From the NCBI GenBank assembly GCA_038087875.1, contig CM075978.1, positions 24,552,001-24,616,000 of the forward strand: a stretch of 64,000 nucleotides of DNA. The letters run 5' to 3'. This stretch comes from Malacoraja senta. Its lineage: Eukaryota. Positions within the stretch are counted from its first letter, which is position 1. Every line of letters begins with the position of its first letter. Below, piece by piece: positions 12,640 through 22,436 of the stretch. A program made the position numbers and the translations under genes. The notes below the pieces were generated by a model that saw only the letters and a program-made list of their open reading frames with translations, was not told the DNA's origin and made no database searches.

Positions 12640-13051
12640 TCTGAACCGCTCTGCGACTCCACCCCTCATCGTGGGAGAGGCGACGTGATGACTGTTACAG
12701 GGCGTTGCTGAAGTCTTAAAAGCTGCTGGAAGTGAGTTTGCGTCCAATTCGTAAGTTTTGAGGCAGGACTCAGGCCAGGTACTGTGACTTTTTTTGAGGG
12801 AGTGGGAAGGTAGTCAATGCTTTGGAATGATCGACTCCTGAGCTGGGATTTTTGGGGGAATGAGGGGCTGGTTAAAGTTGAGGCTGGGCAGGGAATATAA
12901 GTGAATATGTTTCGGGCCGTTGGTTTCCGGAAGTATTGACCCGGGCTCGGTTCGGATCTCCTCGGCTTCTATGCTGCAAAACCTTTGCTCTCATTTTCTA
13001 ATCATCACCTCGCCGGCACTGCTTAATTAATCGTTCCATTTCTAACTGCAG
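12640..13051 (+). promoter_or_regulatory. Putative LGALS3 promoter, non-coding first exon and intron 1
   Basis: CpG-richer segment upstream of the ATG exon. TATA-like CTTAAAAG at ~12715, candidate donors GTAAGT (12751) or CAG|GTACTG (12779), ETS motif CCGGAAGT at 12927-12934. Confidence 0.4.
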
Positions 13052-13081
13052 GTTATCCTATAGGACTGCATCGGCAGGACC

Positions 13082-13084
13082 ATG
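13082..13084 (+). CDS. LGALS3: Galectin-3 start-codon exon (exon 13052-13084, only ATG coding)
   Basis: ctaactgcAG acceptor ends at 13051. Kozak-like ggaccATG is followed directly by a GTAAGA donor at 13085. Phase 0 fits the downstream exons. Confidence 0.65.
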
Positions 13085-14134
13085 GTAAGACGTATCAGAA
13101 CTTTATGGGCCAGTTGAACGCGATCTTAACTCTTGTCTCACCTCTCCTGGTCTGGCTAGACCTGGTAATATTCCACCCAGTTCCACAACATACCGCCCAC
13201 CCCACCCTTAACTGCTCCCTTCATATCTCCACTCTCCCACATACTTCTCCTCCCTGTAACATTCCACGCTCCCTCCTCCCTTAGCCCACCAGTACTTCTT
13301 CACCCCTACTGGTGTCATCGCCTGAAGTGTCCCGACCTGAAACAACATCGTCAGTTCCTCCAGTACATTGTGCTTTGCTCAAGATTCCAAGAGCAGTTCT
13401 CCATGTCTCCTTCACTACGCCTGTCCTTTTCCTTACTTTCCATCCGTATTCCCACCCCTTCTTCCCTGCAAAAGCAGCACTAAAAACAATAGTGTTAGAA
13501 AACAAATGCCACCAACGGATCATTCTGCACCTAAATCTTCCTAACATCACTCATTGAGTTATTACTGAAGCCGTCTTCTAATTATGTAGGTTGTGGAAAG
13601 GGCGCGCATGTTTGAAATGTCTTAATTTGAAGTAAATTTGTTGCATTTTGTAGATAACCAGTTTCCGTTGCTACATAAATCTTCTGTTATGGGTTACTTT
13701 ACATAGTGGCTATTAAGATTTACATTTACAGTTGAAAACAAAATCTGGTGTAATGTAGTTTTACAGGTATGTAAAGCTTAATTAGTGATGTTAGTCACAC
13801 CCATGAAAGGCATGTAATCAAGAAATGTTGAAGACTTGCAAATATATAGACAGATTTGCCTAACTAAATCTTATTATGACATAAAATAAAGCCCATCCAC
13901 TCGCGCGCCTACAGCAATTATTGGTCTTGTTCTTCCTCCTCTGATTCTAAACTTTGGTGTGCTCCCTATTAAATAAATGAACAATAGCTGATTAAATTCC
14001 AGTATGACATGCCTATCCTCCCCTTCCTTGAGGCAGTTGAATTAAACAATTCCCTTCCAAAAGCTCGTATTTAATATCTAATTGTTCCTTGGTTGGAAAA
14101 AATAATTTAAATACATTTCTTTATTTAATTTCAG

Positions 14135-14146
14135 GATAATTCATTG
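14135..14146 (+). CDS. LGALS3: Galectin-3 micro-exon copy A (DNSL)
   Basis: tttcAG|GAT AAT TCA TTG|GTGAGT; 12 nt, phase 0/0; resembles the galectin-3 N-terminus MADNFS. Confidence 0.6.
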
Positions 14147-14501
14147 GTGAGTATGAAAAACCCTCTGTTCGTTGAACTTTTACCAATAAAAATGTATTCA
14201 TGTATTCTAACAATCATATTATGTAGATTATGTTATTGCACACAAAATATTACTAATCGCTGATTTAATTTAAGTTAACTTCTGTGAGTAACCAATCTGC
14301 CACACATTAGTGCTTCACAGTGAGTATTGCCCATGTTGGGACAGTACACATTGGGGATGTAGTGTGTGGTGCTTCAAAGTCCATTGGTCACTCATGGAGT
14401 TCTTCCCTTCCCCTCTCCTCACAATTTGCCTCCGAAAGATCAATTGCTATTTCTCAAGTTGGTTGAAAATAATAATTTAAACATATCTCTTGGTTTTTCA
14501 G

Positions 14502-14513
14502 GATGAATTATCA
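14502..14513 (+). CDS. LGALS3: Galectin-3 micro-exon copy B (DELS)
   Basis: ttttcAG|GAT GAA TTA TCA|GTGAGT; 12 nt, phase 0/0; gives M-DELS-LEDAL, paralleling MADNFS-LHDAL. Confidence 0.65.
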
Positions 14514-15484
14514 GTGAGTATGAAAAACTCTGTTCTTTGAACTTTTACCAATACTTTTCAAACATATCCATGTATTCTGACAATCATATTATGTAGATCG
14601 TGTTATAGCAAAGTTATACCAATATATTATTAATCACTGATTTAATTTATGTGAGTAATCTGCCACACATTTGTGCCTCACAATGAGTATTGCCCATGTT
14701 GGGACAGTACACATTGGGCATAGAGAGTGTGGTGATGTTTTTATTGGAATCTGGTTTGATTGCCTGAGTTTTTGCAGAGTCTTTACATGATTTGTCTCTT
14801 GTTGCTTCAATATATTTTATGAAAATGAGAAACCATCTGCTTAACAGATGCGCCATAACATTATCCATATTTGCATGCATGTATTCTCTTTAACTTTCTC
14901 ATGCATATTTAGCATATACTTTAACTTTGCCGATCTTTCACGTGTGGAATATTTTTGGGTTCCTTCAAAGTTCATTGGTCACTAATGGAGCTCTTCCCTG
15001 CACGTCATATTTTGCCTCTGAAAGGACAATTTTATTTCTCAACTGAAATCAAATTGCTTACCAATGGAGAGTAAGAACAAAGCTGCATGGGGTTAGTGAA
15101 TGAGAGGGAAGATTTGAGGATGTGAGCAGAGTGCTCTTGTGCTGTGCTTCCTGAGAAGGGCAGTTGCGTTATTTCTTAATAGTGGATCAGCTTTGCTGAC
15201 GGTGGACGGTGTCAGTGACTCAATGGAGCATTTGAAATTGTGTGTTCGAGCAGGTTCAACCCAGGGATTGTCTTGCTCTTGATACACTCATATCCACAAT
15301 ATTAATTTGTCAAAATTAAGAACACAATTAATACATACATTGAGCAAACTCTGATTTGGTGCATGCTCACTCTGGGTGTTCTCGTTGTCACAGCAATTGT
15401 GAAACACTAATTCTGACCCATATTTTGTATCATCTTGGTCTAGGATGAAGTTTTAAGACTTTATGGCCCAAGTCTGATTACCTA

Positions 15485-17087
15485 CAGTGGCTTGCAAAAG
15501 TATTCATACCCCTTGAACTTTTCCACATTTTGTCACGTTACAACCACAAACGTAAATGTATTTTATTGGGATTTTATGTGATAGACCAACACAAAGTGGC
15601 GCATAATTGTGAAGTGGAAGGAAAATGATACATGGTTTTCAATTTTTTTTACAAATAAACTGAAAAGTGTCGCGTGCAAAAGTATTCAGCCCCCTTTACT
15701 CTGATACCCCTAAATAAAATCCAGTGCAACCAATTGCCTTCAGAAGTCACCTAATTAGTAAATAGAGTCCACTTGTGTGTAATCTAATCACAGTATAAAT
15801 ACAGCTGTTCTGTGAAGGCCTCAGAGGTTTGTTAGAGAACATTAGTGAACAAACAGCATCATGAAGCCCAAGGAACACACCAGACAGGTCAGGGATAAAG
15901 TTGCGGAGAAGTTTAAAGCAGGGTTAGGTTATAAACAAATATCCCAAGCTTTGAACATCTCACGGAGCACTGTTCAATCCATCATCCGTAAATGGAAAGA
16001 GTATGGCACAACTGCAAACCTACCAAGACATGGCCGTTCACCTAAACTGACAGGAGAGCATTGATCAGAGAAGCAGCCAAGAGGCCCATGGTAACTCTGG
16101 AGGAGCTGCAGAGATCCACAGCTCAGGTGGGAGAATCTGTCCACAGGACAACTATTAGTCATGCACTCCACAAATCGGGCCTTTATGGAAGAGTGGCAAG
16201 AAGAAAGCCATTGTTGAAAAAAAGCCATAAGAAGTCCCGTTTGCAGTTTGCCACAAGCCATGTGGGGGACACAGCAAACATGTGGAGGAAGGTGCTCTGG
16301 TCAAATGAGACCAAAATTGAAGTTTTTGGCCTAAATGCAAAACGCTATGTGTGGCGGAAACCTAACACTGCACATCACCCTGAACACACCATCCCCACTG
16401 TGAAACATGGTGGTGGCAGCATCATGCTGTGGGATGCTTTTCTTCAGCAGGGACAGGGAAGCTGGTCAGAGTTGATGGGAAGATGGATGGAGCCAAATAC
16501 AGGGCAATCTTGGAAGAAAACCTGTTAGAGTCTGCAAAAGACTTGAGACTGGGGCAGAAGTTCACCTTCCAGCAGGACAACGACCCTAAACATACAGCCA
16601 GAGCTACAATGGAATGGTTTAGATCAAAGCATATTCATGTGTTAGAATGGCCCAGTCAAAGTCCAGACCTAAATCCAATTGAGAATCTCTGGCAAGACTT
16701 GAAAATTGCTGTTCACAGACGCTCTCCATCCAATCTGACTGAGCTTGAGCTATTTAGCAAAGACGAATGGGCAAAAATTTCAGTCTCTAGATGTGCAAAG
16801 CTGGTAGAGACGTACCCCAAAAGACTTGCAGCTGTAATTACAGCGAAAGGTGGTTCTACAAAGTATTGACTCAGGGGGGCTGAATACTTTTGCACGCGAC
16901 ACTTTTCAGTTTTTTATTTGTAAAAAAATTTGAAAACCATGTATCATTTTCCTTCCACTTCACAATTATGCACCACTTTGTGTTGGTCTATCACATAAAA
17001 TCCCAATAAAATACATTTACGTTTGTGGTTGTAACGTGACAAAATGTGGAAAAGTTCAAGGGGTATGAAAACTTTTGCAAGCCACTG
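15485..17087 (+). mobile_element. Tc1/mariner (Passport-like) element with frameshifted transposase 15861-16869
   Basis: TA TSDs and ~210-bp TIRs starting CAGTGGCTTGCAAAAG. The ORF is broken by a 10-nt deletion (~16055) and a 1-nt deletion (~16432) relative to the 44-kb copy. The first catalytic D is mutated (WSNETK). Confidence 0.97.
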
Positions 17088-17335
17088 TAGTTCCTCACAA
17101 AACAGTCCAGGTCTGTATGAGGTGCTCTGAGTTTACATTGGGCATTTCTATTATTACGAGCCAAATTTTTTATTCGATTGCACTCTTCTGCCTTTCTCTG
17201 CATCTTTTGATTTTTTCAAATATTATTGATTAAAAACCTTACTGTTTTTAGTCACCAACAAAAACTTTAAAATATTTTATCAGTGCTTTTATCTTGTATT
17301 AAGTATATTTTGGAAAAAATATTTTATCTCTTTAG

Positions 17336-17707
17336 TTGGAAGATGCATTGGGTCATGATCTTTCAAGTGGTTCCAAATTGAAACCAGGACAGCAGGGACC
17401 CTGGCCTGGGCAGCCTTTGCAATCGGGACCCTCGCCTGGGCAACCTGGACAACCGGGACCCTGGCCTGGGCAACCTGGACAACCGGGACCCTGGCCTGGG
17501 CAACCTGGACAACTGGGACCCTGGCCTGGGCAACCTGGACAACCGGGACCCTGGCCTGGGCAACCTGGACAACCGGGACCCTGGCCTGGGCAACCTGGAC
17601 AACCGGGACCCTGGCCTGGGCAACCTGGACAACCAGGACCCTGGCCTGGGCAACCGGGACCTAGGCCTGGTCAGCCGGGACCTCCTGGGTCTACTCCTAG
17701 AGCTTTG
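17336..17707 (+). CDS. LGALS3: Galectin-3 Pro/Gly-rich N-terminal domain exon ([16 protein letters not shown]-([10 protein letters not shown])x9-...TPRAL)
   Basis: tctttAG acceptor and GTAAGT donor at 17708; 372 nt, phase 0/0; LxDAL motif and P/G/aromatic repeats typical of chimera-type galectin-3. Confidence 0.92.
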
Positions 17708-17819
17708 GTAAGTGTTGATCTTTGAAATTTATGTAATGCATATTAATCGATGAATTCCAAACCTTATTTAGTTTCGAGATACACTGTGAAAAAGGGCCCT
17801 TTAGCTACCTAGTCCATGC

Positions 17820-19118
17820 CAGGCACGTGCCGTGAGTAATTACTCGGGGCAGGCAGGCGGCTTTAAAAAAAAATCTTAAACCGTGCATGCGCAGATTGTT
17901 CTCTCCTTAAAAATAAAAAAAATAAAAAAATAAGTAACAATTCAATTTGCCCAAGGCTTCTAAATCTCCTTCACTTTTAAATTACTGAATGGGTGGCGGG
18001 TGGAGAAATGGTGGGAAAAATGGGAGCACACAGGGACGTTGAATCAGTTGTCATCTTATTGAATGACAATACCAATTCAAGGTACCAATTGGAGGGAGAG
18101 TTCCTTTCACAGCGTGTGGAGAGTCTGTGCCAGGGGTTAAAGATGCAGGGAGGGCAGGAGTGTTGAGAAGGAGGGGGTCGGAGGTAATTCACTCACTCAC
18201 CGCTGCCGCAGCGCTCCAGGCACGGACAGCAGAACTGGCCGCCACTTCTGGCGAAGGAAGCAGCTCGGGTGACTGCGAGCGGCCACCGGAACCCGACAGG
18301 CGAACCGGCTGCCACTTCAGCGCCTTCTGCCGGCCCGCTCACCTCTGGCAGTGCTCTCCATCTGAAAACCTCTCACCTGCCACTCACCGGCCTGAGTGAG
18401 GCCGGCGAGCAGCAGGAGAGAGGTTTTCAGATGGAGAGCACTGCCTGGGGTGTGTGGGGACCGGCAGAATGGGCTGTCCGGTCCCGGCGGCCACTCGCAG
18501 CCACCCGAGCTATTTCACTCTCCAGCCACAATGCGTTGGCTCCGTGCCCAGAGCGTCGCAAGTGGATTACTGGCCCTGATCCCCTCCTTCACAACGCTCC
18601 TGCCTTCCCTGCAAATTTACCCCGGGCCAGACTCCCCAAACACTGTGAAAGGAGCTCTCCCCCCACCCCACCCCGGGAAATACAGTATTTAAAAACATTA
18701 AGCACCAAGAAATGTACTTACCACATTATCGGTGCACGGACTCCATTCTTTTCTCTTTGCTTCCTAACATACCCTTCAGATAATGGCAATTTGAAAAACC
18801 AGCCAAGAAACTTGCTGCGCATGCGCAGTAGGCTGCTGCGCATGCGTAGTACAGCAAAGGCAGAATTTCTGCTGCCTTCAGCTCCGCTTGAAATTGACGG
18901 CTTCCAGCAGCGCTGACGGCACGTGGACTGCACAGACCTTCCCGTGTTACAAGTGCTGCGGTTGAAAGGCCCGGAGAATTATGCCTACCTAAGAGATCGA
19001 TCTCTTAGATAGGCATAATTCTCCCATGCCTTTACTATTTATATTTAATGACTACCATGTCATAATTTTAGTCAGGGTAGGCAGTGCCTACCTTGCCTAC
19101 CCTGACGGCACGTGCCTG
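17820..19118. mobile_element. Non-autonomous hAT element inserted in a SINE remnant
   Basis: Perfect 14-bp TIR CAGGCACGTGCCGT; 8-bp TSD GTCCATGC/GTCTATGC. Confidence 0.92.
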
Positions 19119-20836
19119 GTCTATGCCGACCCTTCACATAAGTTCAATGTTATCCCACTTTCTCATCCACTCCCTACACATTAGAAACAATTTTACCGAA
19201 ACCAAAGTAATATTATTGTTAAGATCGAACATGTCTACAACACAGATTTTTCATGAATATGTATTTTAAATTACTTAAACACAAATTATCTTTGGCTTTG
19301 CTGTATGATCCTATTGGAAATTCAGGGAGTGGGAGCAGGTGTGTATCTGCAGATGTGTCCTGACAGGACTTGAATGGTGGTTCTCCAGCTTGATGTAAGG
19401 GAATTAAAACAAGAGATGCCTGTAGGTAGAATATCCATACAGACTCGGAAGGTAGTAGACCAGCTTGGTGCTTCAAAAATATGTGCCAATACATATAGGT
19501 CAATTTCAAGAAAGCTTACTGCAGGGTTTTGGGATCTGTCAAGCAATAGGATTGAAGACAAAGTGCTGGGGTAACTCAGCGGGTCAGGCAGCATGCCTCG
19601 GGAACGTGGATGGGTGAGGTTTCGGGTCAGGACTCTTCTTGAGACTGATCAAATTGGTTAAAGAGAAAGAAGTGGTAGGGCATAATGAAAAGATACATAC
19701 TTAATATCTTCTTACATATTCGGAAAGATATTTAAAAATCTTCACTTATTCAGCTACAGCTAACTTATGAAGGAATGAACTCCATGCTTGTTAAAGTTGA
19801 ATTTCAGTGTCAGAGTGATTCTTGGCTATAATCGAGACACATAAGAAACATTTGCTTATACTGGAATCAATAAACCGTGCCATGGTCGTTATATATCACA
19901 CATGTACAAAATGACCATACTATGTATTTTAAGACGGCCTCTCTTGGCTCTGCTGCAGTAGAAGAAGGAAATTCAGCATGTTTCTCATAAATGTGGAGCA
20001 GGATAAGTAATCCTGAGTGCTGTTGATCTTACTCTTCTAAGAAAAGCCAAACATTATGAATGCGTAATGTAGATTTACCCAGGAAGGAAATAATGATTTG
20101 TTAGTTCAATGGGGAAGCGCGGGCATCAGCAATGTGCTCAATTGCATGTTCTGGACCTTTGCACTGCAGCTTCAAAGAGACATGCTAGTGATCGAAGTTA
20201 ATGAAACTGGCCATTTGTTCCAGTCTCAGCCTTGCCATAGAGGCAAGAGGTGTGATGTAAGTTACTGAGCAAAGGTGTGAGGTGCATTTTATATCTTGCC
20301 TATCAGCTGTATGCCAGTCATAGCTGTTGCATCTCATGACATTTTAAATTACTAGCTGTTTAATATGTTTATAAATTATTTTATGTTTAAAATATTTTTG
20401 TACCTTTTAATTTGTTTGACTTTGTAAATTGTCTTTGATTAGAGACATTTGGAAGTTAGTGAAAGGCCCATATGAGGTGAAGGCCTCCTGTGGGTGGTAC
20501 CTTACTTTCCGGTATTTGCTGTGCCCTGCTCCACCTTGTGGAAAGACTGAAGCAGCAACCACTAGCAGCTCCTTGTGTGCTCTGCAACTGCTAAAGGTTA
20601 ATGCAACCAAAGACTAGCACCAGGAATCACCTACCTGGAGAAAGATTGGTCAACTCTTTTTGGGACTTGGTCAGTCTTTTAGGGACTGGGATTATTTTCG
20701 CTGGACTTCTCATAGTTTTACAAGTATGAAACATAATAACATTTAGCAATTTTCATTATTCAAAAGTGTTTCATGGAGGTTTCGCAACTTTTTTTATTCC
20801 AGATGCATAGATTTTGTTTTTATTTTGAATTTACAG

Positions 20837-20922
20837 ACTCTGCCGTATAATTATCCTATCCAAGGTTGGCCTCCAATGAAAATGTTGATAATTGAGGCGA
20901 CTATCAAAACGAATGTTAACAT
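20837..20922 (+). CDS. LGALS3: Galectin-3 CRD exon 1 (TLPYNYPIQGWPPMKMLIIEATIKTNVN)
   Basis: ttacAG acceptor and GTAAGT donor; 86 nt, phase 0/2; matches the VPYNLPL...MLITILGTVKPNAN pattern. Confidence 0.9.
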
Positions 20923-21079
20923 GTAAGTTTTATGTTTTACAGTGATTTGAAAATGTATTTAATATAAGATGTGATGCTTAAACCTTCTGTATGAAGATTT
21001 GTAATTGTTTTTTTTGTTTATTGGGACAAACAGCACTGCAGCTTGTGTACAAGGCACCTTGCCCAAACATGGGGATCGA

Positions 21080-21737
21080 ATTTTCATCCTACACCGACAC
21101 CTCCCTCCCCTTTCTTGATCTCCATCATAAAAGATAGACTAGAGACTGACGTCCATTATAAACCTACTGACTCCCACAACTATCTGGACTACGCTTCTTC
21201 CCACCCTGCCTCCTGCAAAGACTCTAATCCCTACTCCCAATTCCTCCACCTGTGCCCAAGATGAGGTGTTCCATCCGAGATGTCCTCATTCATTAGCGAA
21301 CGGGGGTTCCCCTCTTTTTTAAAATCATAGATGAGACCCTCACACTTGTCTCCTCGGTACCTCACTGCTCCGCCCTTGCTCTCCCACCCCCCAGTCACCA
21401 GGGACAGAGTCCCCCTAGTCCTCATCTTTCACCCTATCTGCCGTCGCATACAACATATAATTCCAATATTTTTGCCACCTCCAACGGGATCCCACCATTA
21501 GCCACATCTTCCCATCTCCACCCCTTTCCGTTTTCTGCAGTGACCGTTCCCTCCGCAACTCCCTGGTTTACTCATCCCTTCCCACCTAGAGCACCCCCTC
21601 CCCAGTTAACGACTCCAGCAAACGCAGGAGATGCAACACGTGTCCCTATGCCGCTTCCCTCGACTTGCACCTCCTCCAACCTCATCTACTGTATCCACTG
21701 TTCCAGGTGTGGACTCCGATATATTGGCAGGACCAAA
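21080..21737 (+). mobile_element. Penelope-like element fragment (RT C-terminus + GIY-YIG endonuclease), decayed
   Basis: TDVHYKPTDSHNYLDYASSHP and CTSSNLIYCIHCSRCGLRYIG motifs. Confidence 0.88.
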
Positions 21738-22436
21738 TTGCTTCACAAACTATTATACCATTAATTTTGATGTCATCTGAAAACTTGCCAATCATTCTCA
21801 TCTAAAGTGTTAATAGATATGACAAACAGGGGACCTAGCACTGATCCTTGCAGCACACCACTGGTCACAGGCCTCTACTGCTACCTTCTGCCTCTTACCA
21901 CCGAGCCAATTTTGAATCCACTTTAATAAAGTGCTGGAGTCCATGTTTGCTTACCTAACTTCAAAAACGTGCTGGCTTGTAAAATTGTAAATTGTCCCTA
22001 GTGTGTATCGGATAGTGTTAATATGGGATCGCTGGTCGGCGCGGACATGGTGGGCCGAAAGGCCTGTTTCCGCACTGTATCTCTAAACTAAACTAAGCTA
22101 ACTTTCTGGGCTAGTTTACCATGCTGGCCCTTGTCAAAGATCTGAGATACCACAGTTAAGATCACAATCAGATGAGCCATGATCCCATTCAATAGTGGAA
22201 CGGGTTTGAGTGACCCACTTTGTCTCCTGAGTCATGTTTGTGACAATGGCTAGCACAGAGCTCTAGTGACCTGTGTTTGATCCTAATATAGGCTGCTAGT
22301 GTTGAGTTTGCATGTTCTCCCTGTCACCATGCGTGTTTTTTCCCACTAATCTTGTTTCCTCCTGATTGCAAAGATGTGATGATAAATTAATTGACTACTG
22401 TACATTACAACGTGCCAATGGGTGGTACGAGCATTA

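Noticed and set aside
17363-17653. Antisense RS-rich ORF ([10 protein letters not shown])n and GALIG-like alternative sense frames over the galectin-3 repeat exon
   Set aside because: A by-product of a stop-free 30-bp repeat. The alternative-frame ATG at 17343 stops at 17379, before the repeats.
18127-18916. GC-rich ORFs up to 215 aa in an LGALS3 intron
   Set aside because: They lie inside a non-autonomous hAT element and have no recognisable domain.
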